A DNA stretch of 64,000 nt from Squalus acanthias (GCA_030390025.1 CM059438.1:69566001-69630000); one strand, 5' to 3'. Positions 50,491-63,638 are shown, numbered from the stretch's first letter. The notes: generated from the sequence alone by a model not told the origin. A program made the numbers and translations.

Positions 50491-51645
50491 TACTCTAATG
50501 AACTTATCAGTTTTCACTGTTCAAGAACAACAACAAAAACTCAGTGCTAATATTTCTAAGAACAATATTTGATGAACTTATTTTTTTTTAGGGGGAAACC
50601 TGTGCGTTATTTTTAGCACCAGGAAACAGTGTGCAAGAGACGCAGTGGTACACTTGGTGCAATTTATGCCACAGCAAATACATGAAAAAGTAATGTTTCC
50701 TCCCCCCCCATTTAAACTGCTAAAGGAATAGAATTTTTTTTTAAAGTCATCATTCGTTGAGCTCCCCCTAATATTTTGACCTTTCTTGCCTTACTTTGCT
50801 GAAGATACTGACCCATGCTGGAGTTTAATAAAAGAAAGAAAGACTTGCATTTATATAGCGCCTTTCACAGCCTCGGGAAATCCCAAAGCGCTTTACAGCC
50901 AATGAAGTACTTTTTGTTTGAAGTGTAATCACTGTTTCCTACATTTCTGACACCAAACCTTCCCCAGTATCAGAGGAAGGATTTAAGTTAAACATCACAT
51001 CACTGGCCTGTATGGGTGGGGCTGAGAGCTCAGTCTGTTCACGGTCAGTTGAAAGTGCTGGCCCCCAATGTCAAGCGCCGGCACAATAAATGGCAGGCGG
51101 AGCTGCGAGAGATAGTATTTACACTGCTGGGTTCAACAGACCGCCGCACAAGCCACCTCTTCAGGTGAGTTAAATTTGTGCTATTCAAGGTGTAAGACGT
51201 CAGCGTAAATGTGGCATTTTCTCATTTTTGACTGCATACTTTTCAGAGCCGAGTGCTCCAGAAATCAAAAACATTAGAAACGATCCCAAAACAAATGAGT
51301 TAGAAGCACACATTCAGTTTAAAGGGCCTGATGTAGTAGCCATTACAGAGATATGGCTACACACTGGGCATGATTATAAGCTAATTATTCCAGGCAATAG
51401 GATCTTCAGAAAGGACAGAGAAATTGGGAAAGAAGGAGGAGTAACAATATTGATGAGACAAAAATCACAACCGTGGAAATAAAGGACATCAGTACGGGTG
51501 AACAGGCAGTTGAAAAAGTATGGGTAGAACGAAAGAACAGTAAAGGATGCAAGACTGAAAGTTGTCTACAGACCTCCTGACAGTGGTGATGTAGTGGTAA
51601 AATGTATAAGTACGGAGAAATAGGGAAGCTGGTAGCAGAAACATT

Positions 51646-51850
51646 GGGCTGGATATTAACACTGGAGCGGGGGGTGCGGGTGGGCTGGACTAAGGTCGGG
51701 AAACCTGGAAGAACTTTGTCTCTGTTTCCCGGCTGCAGCCAGCCAGATTGAGAGGCTGGTTGGTTGTCGGGCGGGTAGGCCTTTGGCTCAAGGCCGCAGC
51801 CGGGGAGCGGAGAGGAGGGAGGGAGGGATCGGGGAGGTTGGGGGAGGGTT
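51646..51850. mobile_element. One end of a family C MITE
   Basis: GGGCTGGATATTAA after ATT; GCAGCCAGCCAGATTGAGAGGCTGG is the reverse complement of 24885-24915. Confidence 0.65.
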
Positions 51851-51851
51851 T

Positions 51852-51861
51852 TATATATCCA

Positions 51862-51901
<40 letters not shown>

Positions 51902-51931
51902 TTTTCTATATCTATATATATATATATATAT
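51852..51931. repeat. (TA)n compound microsatellite
   Basis: Two TA runs separated by T-tracts. Confidence 0.95.
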
Positions 51932-52684
51932 GTGTATTTATAATGAATGACTTGGTTGAAGGAATAGAGTTGTATATCCAAGTCTGCAGATGACATGAGT
52001 TAGGAGGGAGGCACAATAAAGTTGTATAGAGGAAAGCAGAAAGTTACAAAGGCACATAGACAGATTAAGTGAGTGGGCAAAACTGTGGCAGATGAAGTTC
52101 AATGTGGGGAAATGTGAGGTAATCCACTTTGGATCCATGAAAGACAAATAAAAATATTATCTAAAAGACGAGAGACTAGAAACTGTGGAGGAGCAAAGAG
52201 ATTTGGGCGCCCAGGCATACAAATCACTAAAAGCTAGTGCACAGGTACAAAAAGTAATCAAAAAGGCTCATGGAATGTTGGCCTTCATCTCAAGAGGATT
52301 GGAAGACAAAGGGGAGGAAATTATTCTTCAATCATAGAGAGCCTTTGTCAGACCCCATCTGGAGGATTGAGATCAGTTCTGGGCAGTGCACCTCATGAAG
52401 ATTATATTGGCCGTAGAAGGGGTATAGAGCAGATTTACCAAAATGATTCCGGGGCTTATCGGGTTAAATTGAGGACAGGTTACATAAACTTGGCTTGTAT
52501 TCCCTTGAGTTTAGAAGGTTGAGGGGTGATTTAATTGAGGTATTTAAAATGATAAAAGGCTTTGTTAGAGTAGATACAGAGAAACTATTTCCTCTGGTGG
52601 GGGAATCCAGAACAAAGGGGCACAATCTTAAAATTAGCACGAGGCCATTCAGAAATGAAATCAGGAAGCACTTTTTCAAACAAA

Positions 52685-52864
52685 GGGGTAGATCTTGACT
52701 TTGACCGATGGTGTAAAATGGGTAAGTCGTCAACCCATTTTACATCTCTCCCAATTTTTATTTCCACTGACGTCAATGGAAATAAAAATCGAGAGAGATG
52801 CAAGACCAGCTGCTGACTCATTATCGCTCATTTAACACTATCGCACAAAGTCAAGATCTACCCC
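52685..52864. mobile_element. 180-bp palindromic MITE inserted in CR1
   Basis: Perfect 19-bp TIR GGGGTAGATCTTGACTTTG / CAAAGTCAAGATCTACCCC; central ATTTCCACTGACGTCAATGGAAAT; flanks AAA/AGA. Confidence 0.9.
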
Positions 52865-53193
52865 AGAGGGTAGTGGAAATGTGAAACTCACTTCCCCCAA
52901 AAGGCCGTGGATGCTGGCTCAATTGAAATTTTCAAAACCGAGATCAACAGATTTTTATCAGGTCAGGTTTTCAAGGGATATCGAATAAAGGCATTTGGAG
53001 TAAATGTAATTGGAGTTGAGGTACAGATCAGCCATAATCAAATTGAATGGCGATCCAGACTCGAGGGGCTGAATGGCCTTCTCCTGTTCCTATATGCCTA
53101 TGGCAATATTGCTGATAATACTTTCTTTCTTAAAAAGGTATTTTTTTGTTCTGAATTTTAAAAGATGAAACATCATGTAAGAAATATTATATA

Positions 53194-53948
53194 GGGCCGT
53201 ATATTCCGATCCCTATGGGTGTGTACGGGCTGTGTACACACCCGTAGGGACATCGGAAATGCCGGTTTCAGGCATGCCAAGCGCATGCGCTGAAAACCGG
53301 CATTTCCGATCTGTCAAGAATGCTCTTGACAGATCGGACACCTGCCCTAGAGAAGGGCCTCTGCGGGTGGAGAGCTCCACTTTCTGGAGAACCTCTGTCT
53401 GCAGAAAACCCTTAGAAATCTTACGCCTGGTAAAAGCAGGCGTAAGGCCTGCTTTTACCAGCATAAAAGTTGGAAAAAGTTAAAAAAAACAAAAAAAAAT
53501 TCACTCATTTATCACTTAAAAATACTTTTAAAAAAAGGTAAGTTTATTTTTAGTCCCGTAGAAAACTTTAATTATTTTTTTCAAAAAATTAAATTTTTGT
53601 TTAAAATATTTAATTTATTGTAATTTTTAAAAAAGTGATTTAAAAAAAAATGATTTAATGTTTTACTGTGTTTTTGGGGTGATCTCCATTCATATATTTG
53701 ACAGGTCCTATCTGTCAAGTGTATGAAGGGAGATTCCCTTCTCCTATTGGCTCTCCATGGCCCACGTGATCCCAGGGACGCTTGCGAACCACATGCGCCC
53801 CTGGGATACGTGGGCCCTGCGCATTTCGAGTTTGGAGAAGCCCAGGAGTGGAAGTATACGCACCTCAGGAGCCCTCAGGTAAGTTTGTAGATTTTTCCAG
53901 ATCGGAGGCCTCCGCACGCAGGAAGCCTCCGATCGTAAAATACGGGCC
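53194..53948. mobile_element. PIF/Harbinger-like MITE (family B)
   Basis: TIR GGGCCGTATATTCCGATC / GATCGTAAAATACGGGCC; TSD ATA; shares GCGCATGCGCTGAAAACCGGCA with the 43243 element. Confidence 0.9.
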
Positions 53949-55702
53949 ATAGTGTTGCCAGGCCATTTGACTGTGGGACCCCATCGGAGCTGTTCTTGCC
54001 TGTTGTCCACAAACATGCACTGCCAGCAGGGATCACTCGACAAGCAGCCAGGGGCAGGATCTCGTGCAGATTGATTTCCCTCCCAAGCCTGAGAATACTG
54101 AGGCCAATTGTAACAGCCTCAGATAAGTCACATCTGCAGCAGCACAAACCTTTCCACCAGCCTATTATCACCATTTCAGAGATGGACCCTTGACAGCTGG
54201 CTCTCCCTGGCTGACTCGGGAGACAAGTTCTATTGTTTAAAAGACATATCAAGAATTGCAACTTGGCTGAAGGATAATTTCTGATGTCGGGAAATTTAAT
54301 GGAAAATTTATAATTAAGAAAAATTGGATAGAAAAAGAACAAGTCGAATTACAGGAGCGACAATTGGACCCAGTGTCCAAAAATAGAACAGAGAAAAACA
54401 GCCAAGATTCCTATTCCTGATCGTTATCCAGTGAATACTGCTGGAAAGTGTGGATGTGCGGACATTAGATGAGGTCAGGATTGGGCTTGGTGTGATGCCC
54501 CAGTGATCGAGCAGCCTTGCTAACACACTGTGGAAGATCGATGCCCTTGTGGTCAAACAGCCTGCTAACACCCTACGTGGAGGCTCACACATTGGACACA
54601 GACCAAGGCCCATGAGAAACCATACCTCAGCAGAAAGAACTGATGAAAGAAAATTAACGAGGGAAAAAGTGATTTCTGTTGCTTAAAAAAAAAACCTAGT
54701 TACGGCTGCTTTGTGATTCCTGTGCCACTGTAAAGTAAGAACTCCAAAATTGGACTTCCTTCCACTCCAAGTATCAATGTTCCATTTATAAAAACTATCT
54801 AAAAATACTCCTTTAATCATACTTCTTTTGTGCCTATTCATTCTTTCTATTCCGATTTTCCCACTTTAATCTCACTTATCCGCTCTTGAATATAGTGGCT
54901 CGTGCTGGGAGTATGGTTTCACAGGCACATGCAGCCAACCCTCTGGAACCTTATCTAATTGGCCATTTTGTCACCGCAAACATGGGCAATGCCAGCAGGT
55001 TATTTTATGTGTGTATGGGGTGGGGGGAGGATCAGGAGAGGCAGCCCAATCCTGTTTACTCATCTGTACCTACCGGTAGGGGAGGGGGGGAGATTATCGT
55101 GGAGGATGAAGAAAGGAATCCCTTCCCACTCTAACCTAGGGAAACGGAGGTCAATTGTTGCCCATGGTTGGAGGTCAACTAACAGCACGGACCAGGGATT
55201 CAAATTGGGAGCCACCTTGGCCTGTCAACCTCAGTGCCACATAAGGCAATTTTCTTTCTCACTGTTCCATCCGAGGGAGCTGCCTTTGTCTGGTTTTTAG
55301 AATAGATGCTGTCTGAGAGACTCCCTATTGCAGCATATGGGATGGAGCAGGGCATCTCAGGGCGTACACCATTCGTTAGACTTTATCCTTTACTCTTCAG
55401 CTTGAAATATATTTGTGCTGTAACTTGCTGGAAGTGCGAGCTGATAACAGTGGAGCGCGGGCAATGGGATTCTGGGATTTTATGTGAACCACAGGACCAA
55501 CAGCGTATCTCCTTAACCAATGAGCTTTAAGGATTGAACACAAGACCATAAATAGGAGCAAGAGTGAAAATAAAGACAATAATTAATTTTTAAGGATTAC
55601 CAAGAATCCTACAGCTGGTCTTCACAATTTCAATCAAATGTAATGCTGTGAAAATTCACTGAATCTGTGAAAAGCCTGCAGTGGCAGAATTGATGCTAAA
55701 TC

Positions 55703-57777
55703 TTCTTCTTAGGCAGTCCCTCGGAACCGAGGATGACTTGCTTCCACACTAAAAATGAGTTCTCAGGTGACTGCTGAGTCCAATGCGGGACCTACAGTCT
55801 CTGTCACAGGTGGGGCAGACGGTGGTTGAAGGGGCGGGTGGGTGGGGTGATTGGGTTGACGTGCGCTCCTTCCGCTCTTTGCGCTTGGCTTCCGCTTGCT
55901 CCCGGCAAAGAAAGTCGAGGTGTTTGGCGCCTTCCCGGATGCTTCTCCTCCACTTTGTGCGGTCTTGGGCCAGGGATTCCCAGGTGTCGGTGGGGATGTT
56001 GCACTTTTTCAGGGAGGCTTTGAGGGTGTCCTTGAAGCATTTCCTCTGCCCACCTGGGGCTCTCTTGCCGTGTTGGAGCTCCGAGTAGAGCGCTTGCTTT
56101 GGGAGTCTCGTATCGGACATGCGGACGATGTGACCTGTCCAATGTAGCTGATCAAGCGTGGTCAAAGCTTCGATGCTGGGGATGTTGGCCTGAGCGAGAA
56201 CACTGACGTTGATGCACCTATCCTGCCAATGGATTTGCAGGATCTTGCGGAGGCAGCGTTGTTGGTACCTCTCCAGTGCTTTGAGGTGCCTGCTGTACAT
56301 GGTCCATGTCTCTGAAGCATACAGGAGGGCAGGTATCGCTACTGCTCTGTAGACCATGAGCTTGGTGCTGGGTTTGAGGTCCTGGTCTTCAGACATTCTC
56401 TTCCTCAGGCGACCGAAGGTTGCACTGGCACACTGAAGGCGGTGTTGGACTTCGTCATCGAAGTCTGCCCTTGTTGACAGTAGGCTCTCGAGGTATGGAA
56501 AGTGGTCCACGTTGTCCAAGGCCTCGTCATGGATTTTGATAATCAGGGAGCAGTACTGTGGCGGGGGCAGGTTGGTAGAGGACCTTTGTCTTACGGATGT
56601 TTAGTTTAAGGCCCATGCTCTCGTACGCTTTGGTGAAGGTGTTGACGATGGTTTGGAGTTTGACCTCCGAGTGAGCGCAGATGCAAGCGTCGTCTGCATA
56701 CTGTAATTCGATGACAGAGGATGGGACGAACTTGGATCTGGACTGGAGGCGACGGAGGTTGAACAGTTTCCCGTTTGTTCTGTAGATTAGCTCCACTCCA
56801 GCGGGGAGCTTACTGAGGGTGAGATGGAGCTTTGCAGCAAGGAAGATCGAGAAGAGCATTGGCGCGATGACACAACCTTGCTTGACCCGGGTCCATACGT
56901 GAATTGGGTCTGTGGTGGATCCGTTGGTCAGGATCACGACTTGTATGTCGTCGTGAAGTAGGCGGAGGATGGTGACAAACTTTTGAGGGCAGCCGAATTT
57001 GAGGAGGACACTCCATAATCCCTCACGGTTGACAGTTTCGAAGGCCTTTGTGAGGTCAAAGAAGGCCATGTACAGCGGTTGGTGCTGTTCCCTGCATTTC
57101 TCTTGTAATTGACGCGCGGTGAAGATCATGTCCATTGTGCCCCTTAGTGGGCGGAATCCACATTGCGACTCTGGGAGGAGCTCTTCAGCCACTGGGAGGA
57201 GGTGATTTAAGAGGATTCTTGCGATGACTTTCGCTGTGGCAGACAGCAGGGAGACCCCTCTGTAATTACCACAATCGGACTTGTCACCTTTCTTGAAGAT
57301 GGTCACGATTATGGCATCTCTGAGATCCCCTGGCATGTTCTCCTCCTTCCAAATAAGAGAAATGAGTTCATGTATTCGCGCCAATAGTGCTTCTCCACCA
57401 TGCTTTAGCGCCTCGGTGGGGATTCCATCTGCTCCTGAGGCCTTGTTGTTCTTCAGTTGTCGGATGGCCTTTTCAACCTCGTGCCAGGCTGGAGTTGTGC
57501 TGAGGTGGTGGCGGGTAGCATGCTGCGGGATGGAGTTGAGGACACTCGCGCCGAAGACAGAGTCTCGGTTAAGGAGATCTTCGAAGTGCTCATTCCAGCG
57601 GGCACTGACTGCCTCTCTGTCCTTGATGAGTACCACTCTGTTCTTGGCCCGCAGTGGGGTAGGACCTTGGGTGCTTGGGCCGTAGGTGGTCTTGACTGCG
57701 CGAAAGAATCCACGCACGTCGTGGTTGTCGGCTAGCTGCTGGATCTCCTGCACTTCCTCCACCCACCATCTGTTTTT
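55703..57777 (-). mobile_element. RTE-clade LINE, 5' truncated (RT and C-terminal CCHH)
   Basis: Minus ORFs 56527-57780 (NYRGVSLL, FFDLTKAF, QYADD) and 55749-56519 (CPTC...HLRTH); (AAG)n tail. Confidence 0.95.
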
Positions 57778-57849
57778 CACCTACGCTGAAGGACCAACAA
57801 TTGTGATCCGAGGTGAGAAATTCCTCCATGCAACACACTTATCCCAGTA

Positions 57850-57997
57850 CATAAGAACGTAAGAAACAGGAGCAGGAGTAGGCCATATGGCCCCTTGAGC
57901 CTGCTCCACCATTCAATAAGATCATGGCTGATCTTCTACCTCAACTCCACTTTCCCACCTATCCCCATATCCCACGATTCCCTTAGTGTCCAAAAAA
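57850..57997 (-). mobile_element. CR1 3'UTR fragment
   Basis: CATAAGAA tail, GGAGCAGGAGTAGGCCAT. Confidence 0.85.
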
Positions 57998-58009
57998 CAC
58001 TAGATTGAT

Positions 58010-58560
58010 GTAGAAACAGAGGAATAAAGGAGAAGGAAATAGGGTGAATTAGAATCAAATCAGATACAGAAAGAGAAAGAGAGAAAGGAAGATTAGATTA
58101 AGAGAGGAAAAAAGAGACAAAGAAAAAGTAACAAAAAAACTAAAATTTAAAATTTGACATTTTTAAAAACTCTATGAACAATTCATTGCCTGAAGGAATG
58201 ATATGCCATAGTTTCAATTGTTCTCTTTCTGGGCTGCAGATATTGATTGACATTGTATTAATAATTATCACGTCATTAAAAGGGTACTTGCGCTATTAAT
58301 TACCAGACTTACTTTCTGTGGTGCGTTTAATGGACAATTAATATGCAAATCCAGCAAGTTCTTAAAAATAATGGCGAGGCTAAGGGCGAGATGCTATTTG
58401 TGCAAAGCAAATGACAGAATGGCGTAAATTGACCAGCAGCTTCCAGAGATTTGCAACTCACGGCGTATCTCTTAATCCCCTGAACTTGCTGGCCGATTTG
58501 TACATTAATAACAATCTGCGTCATTCACACACCGTTATTTTTTCCAGCAAGATCTAGCCC
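58010..58560. mobile_element. Probable right part of a Harbinger-like MITE
   Basis: Ends GCAAGATCTAGCCC followed by ATTGTG, like other MITE right junctions; left end not found. Confidence 0.5.
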
Positions 58561-59394
58561 ATTGTGTTGAGAAAACATTGCATTGTATCTTATTCCTATA
58601 GGGTTGTCTGTACTCTGCACTATTATGTTAAGATCTGGAATTTATCTAACAGTTCCATACTGTAGAATCACTGTACTCTGTCAGAACCAGGGAAATATGC
58701 TGGTGGCGTTGTTTGAGCTCTCATCTCCCAGTGCTGCTTTTGACTTGGCTCCAAACTAACTGGATTTGGACCAGGCCTGCTTTACTGAAGCTGATTTAAA
58801 TCCCCACTCACCTTCTGGTCACTTTATGCACCAGTGAACAAACTGAGCTGTAATTAATACTGTGTGACGCATGTCACGATGCAGGGCAGAGGTGGGTGTT
58901 AACACATGGGAGATCAAACTCAGCTTAGACCAATGCAATCTCAGTTGAATCTGATCCCCAGTGTCAGCAGTGGTTGAAGGCAGCTTTCTGAAGTTAAAGA
59001 GCTGACAAGACTTGAATAATGGCTTTTGCCAGTCTGTGTCACACTGACTTCAGTTTTGGCTAAGCCACACTGATCTCTAATCAGATCAGAAGTTGCCTTT
59101 TGATGTCGTGTTGACCACATTATTTCTTTTTGAACTCGATAAACTTGAAATAATTGTTGACTAGAAGTTCCTAATTTTCTCTGTGCAATCTTTGGAAGCG
59201 CCAGTAAACACATTTATGTAAATTCCTACAAGTGTGGTTCTCTCATGATTGTTAACCCATTTATTTCAACTCATGCAGGCATGAATTTGTTCAAACGTGT
59301 TAACCTGTAAACTTAAAAAAAATAGTGCATGAAGGAAATTAAGCTCACGAGCAAAGTTATGCACCCACTGGTACATAGAGATTGGTACTAAGCG

Positions 59395-59661
59395 GGTCAG
59401 CCATTTGGGACTGAGACGAGGAGAAATTTCTTCACACAGAGGGTTGTGAATCTTTGGAATTCTCTGCCCCGGAGGGCTGTGGATGCTCAGTCGTTGAGTA
59501 TATTCAAGGCTGAGATCGCTAGATTTTTGGACTCTAGGGGAATCGAGGGATATGGGGATCGGGCGGGAAAGTGGAGTTGAGGTTGAAGATCAGCCATGAC
59601 CTTATTGAATGGCGGAGCAGGCTTGAGGGGCCGTATGACCTACTCCTGCTATTTCTTATGT
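59395..59661 (+). mobile_element. CR1 3' end
   Basis: RRNFFTQRVVNLWNSLP-coding sequence and TTTCTTATG tail. Confidence 0.9.
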
Positions 59662-60096
59662 ACTGGGATAAGTGTGATGCACGGAGGAATTTCTAGCCTC
59701 CGATCACAATTGTTGGTCCTTCAGCGTGGGTGTGATTTAGTATCAATTCTGCAGGTTTTTCACAGATCCAGTGAATTTTCACAGCATTATGTTTGATTGA
59801 AATTGTCAAGACCAGCTATAGGATTCTTGGTAATCCTTACAAATTAATTATTGTCTTTATTTTAGCTCACCCAATTTTCTTTCCCTTTTTTCCTCTTTCC
59901 CCCTTTCTCCTGATGTTTTTGGGTTCCTGTCTTGGCAGTTTCACAGGCACCAGTTGCCCTCCAGCACAAGGTGGCCTTTACCTTTAGTGTGAGCAAACTA
60001 TTCACCACTCGGCCCCTCATGGCCAAGCCTGATCCTGTTCACTAAAGTGCATATAACAGTAGTAGTCACTGGATAGTGATTAGGATAATATAATAA

Positions 60097-60320
60097 CATA
60101 AGAATTAGCAGGAGTAGGCCATACGGCCCTTCGAGCCTGCTCCGCCATTCAGTAAGGTCATGGCTGATCTTCGACCTCAACTCCACTTTCCCACCCGATC
60201 CCCATATCCCTTGATTCCCTTAAAATCCAAAAATCTATCTTTCTCAGCCTTGAATATACTCAACGACTGAGCATCCACAGCCCTCTGGGGTAGAGAATTC
60301 CAAAGATTCACAACCCTCTG
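60097..60320 (-). mobile_element. CR1 3' end, inverted relative to 59395-59661
   Basis: Close reverse complement of 59440-59661. Confidence 0.9.
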
Positions 60321-61619
60321 CTTGTACGAGGACACCAGGGCAATCCTGGCTGATTTTCTCCTCTGTAAGGTAGGGGGGCACTGAGGCAAATTGCCTTATG
60401 CTGCTTCGAGTGAGATCAACCACCTTAGCACAAACCAGGTACTTTTCTGGTCTGCATGGCTCAGTTGTTCACTCGAGTTCGCTGAATGCTGAGGCCATTG
60501 TAGTTTTCCATCTTTCCCCCCAGCAAAGATAAGCAAATTAAGCAGAGAGCAGGGATTGAACCTGCAACCTTCATGGTCTGCATAGTTCAGTGAAAGCACT
60601 CCTGGTCATATAACTCACTGTGGTACCACAAGAGAGCCCGTCAGAGCCCAGCGTTGAGATTATAGCTCTGCAAACACTCCCGGTTTCACTTAATTATTCT
60701 GTTAATACAGACTGTTACACAATCTTATTTGGAGCATAAATCAGATTCCTAACGTTTCCTCGGTGTTGACTACTCTGTTCACGATGCAGTCATTGTTGCA
60801 GCAGTGTTCTTTGGTAATACTCTGAGCTGTCACTGCTTTGGAATTCACCATATTATTAGATTCATAGGCACCAGCATGCAATCATGGCTGTGTGCATTCA
60901 ACACCTTTCATCTCCTTTCTTAATGGGCGCCCAGTCGTACCACACTTCTCATACTGAGTCACTAAAAAACATCCCTAATGCTGGCACATCTCTGAAACTA
61001 CTCATGGTAATTTGCATTGGAGTAATCTAAATCATGGTCTTCCAAATAGCTACTTAGAATAGCTAAACATAATCAACCAGAACTTGAATTTAAATTTAAA
61101 GGATCACAAGATCGATACCTATTCAACCCATTTTTAGCTCACCCTTGAACCTACAACCTTCTGACTCGGAGGCAAAAGTGCTACCAACTGAGCCACATCT
61201 CGCACAGTACCTAGTTTAAATGGCTCAGCTCAGACCGACCAACACAAACTGGGTAGGTCAGCAAACAGAATACTGCTTCAGAGTATGTATTACATTTTTT
61301 AAAAGATGTGACTAAATGGAATGATGGCTACAAAGCAATGGAGTGTGGTTCCATATGAATTAGAGCTAAATGGAGACCTGATGGCAGCTTTCAGGACCCA
61401 TTAAAAGGTAAGTTATTGATGCAGCCTGTATGACGGAGCATTCTAGTGTATGTTGATGGTAGGAGTTTCATGTGCCTTGCAATGAGGGAACATCTTTAAT
61501 GTCACAGTGGCTTTGCAAGCTCTGAACATGAATGATGGGACAACAGATTGAGTCCTTCAGTTAGCCTACATCAAAATTGAATTGCCTTTCAATTCATTTG
61601 CACGTTATCGTTCGAAAGA

Positions 61620-61890
61620 AGAAAAAAATAACTTGCATTTATATAGTGCCTTTCATGACCCCAGGACATCCCAAAGCGCTTTACAGATAATGAATTACTT
61701 TTGAAGTGCAGTCACTGTTGTAATGCAGCAGTCAATTTGCACACAACAAGGTCCCTCAAAGCAATGAGATAAATAACCTCTAATCTGATTGTGTCTTCTT
61801 GCTGAGGGATAAATGTTGGCCAGGACACCAGGAGAATTCTCCTGCTGTTCTACGAAAAGCCCATGGGATCTTTTACTTCCACCTGAGCCA
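61620..61890 (-). mobile_element. Deu-domain SINE, 3' half
   Basis: ACTTGCATTTATATAG...GAGGGATAAATGTTGGCCAGGACACC...CCATGGGATCTTTTAC. Confidence 0.85.
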
Positions 61891-62739
61891 GCAATTGATC
61901 AGCGCTACAGATTGGGCCATCTACCATTGTTACTTGAAGTAAAAAAAACTTAGGCCCTCCTTGTTCCTTGGCCTGACCCAGCTGGGTCTGTTAAAGCAGA
62001 CAGTTAGTATGGGGCAGGTGCCATTATTTAAATGACCCCATTCCTGGGGTTTGGGAAGGAGTCACGGCCAGATGAAAGCAGTCGGTGAAGTTCCGCCCAA
62101 CCACTCTTCCGGTGGCACGGCCAAACAGCGATGTTTTCTGCACCACAATGCAACAAACAAACAACTAGATACGAGCAAGCTTGTGCGCACACAGTGGTTT
62201 GAAAGTTGCAGTTTGCAGCTTTATTCCCTGGGGGTAGAGGGCATTGTTGCCATAATAATCTGTCCTGTGAGATACTTCACCAGGTGTGCTTATAGGGGAC
62301 ATTGTGACACCAACCAGGGGGGGGTCTCGGTTTGATCCTCTATGCTGAGTTAGCTGATCTCGGTCAGGGTGGCAGTAAAGTGCGAGAATTGGTGTTAACT
62401 GGAAAAGGGCTACACAGGCCAGTGATTGGCTTATAGAGATAGACTGAACATGGCCAGAAAAACTGACGGCTGGCTGCACTTTCCTTTCTGATGTCATGTT
62501 GGCTGCTATTTACTAAGGATACAAGTAATCATCAACTTTGCTGCTGATAAGTTGGAACTTGGTGATTTACCCACAGAGCCAGTAGAGGTTAGTGTGGTAT
62601 CTTGAATAAAGATTGGTTTGATAAAAGATTATGTGCAACAGAGATGGCATTGACTGAGGGTACAGACTGGGCTACAGCATAACCTTTCAGTTTTAACAAA
62701 CATTTGTCTCAAATTTTAATTTTAATTTCATTTTTTTTC

Positions 62740-63203
62740 TCTCTCCAGGCTTTCCCCCTTCTCTTCTGAAGGTGTTGACTTACACGGGGTGCATTTCCCT
62801 GGGATCAGCCACTCTCTGGTGACTTGCCCAGTGCCCATTCTTCCTCTGTAACCTTATTCAGGAGGGTCAGTAAACTATTTGACTGTGGGTGGGATGTGTG
62901 AAGTGTGGGGGGTTTGTGGGAGAAGAGGTGAGGTTATCCTAGCAACCCTTATGCTGTCTTCACTCAACATTCACAGGGGCACTTGGCAGCAGGACTCTCT
63001 GGATAGCATTGAAAAGCAGGAATCCTGATTTTTTTCCCCCCCTCCTCTACAACCCCTGAACACACACAAATTGGAGCATTGCCTACTGCAACTGAGACCA
63101 GCTCGTTCAAAACAGACAGGACATCATATTTGGGGTCATCCTGCTCTCTGTGGCTCAGTTTCACAGCCAGCAGTCCACTTACCAATTGAGCCATTATGGA
63201 GCT
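62740..63203 (-). mobile_element. Near full-length SINE-X
   Basis: Minus head TGGCTCAATTGGTAAG, shared core, 3' end CACCTTCAGAAGAGAAGGGG. Confidence 0.6.
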
Positions 63204-63227
63204 AGTATCAGGATACATATATTGAAT

Positions 63228-63638
63228 AAAAACAGAAAATGCCAGAAATACTCAGCAGGTCAGGCAGCATCTGTGGAGAGAGAAACAGAGTTAACGGTTC
63301 AGGTCAATGACCTTTCGTCAGAACTGAAAACAGTTGGAGATATAACAGGTTTTTAAGCAAGTGCAGAGGCAGAGAAAGGTGGGAGAGGAGGAAAGAACAA
63401 AAGGGGAAGGTCTGTGATAGGGAGGAAGGCAGGAGAGATTGAATGACAAAAAGTATGATTGTACAAAGCAAAAGGAGATGGTAATGGGACAAGTAAAGAA
63501 ACATAGTACAAGTAAAGAGTCATCGACCTGAAGCATTAACTCTGTTTCTCTCCCACAGATGCTGCCTGACCTGCTGAGTATTTCTAGCATTTTCTGTTTC
63601 TATTTCAGATTTCCAGCATTCGCAGTATTTTGCTTTTG
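63228..63638. mobile_element. Penelope-derived element made only of inverted terminal-repeat sequence
   Basis: Minus pLTR/3'UTR 63228 to about 63505, plus pLTR about 63518-63638; 14-bp TSD TACATATATTGAAT (63214-63227, 63639-63652). Confidence 0.9.

Larger units (their letters stand above)
51270..53095 (+). mobile_element. Old, internally deleted CR1 (endonuclease start 51270-51640; RT end 51935-53095)
   Basis: DVVAITEIWL...RIFRKDR..KEGGV; then ADD motif, LYSLEFRRLRGDLIEVFK and 3'UTR. Confidence 0.85.
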
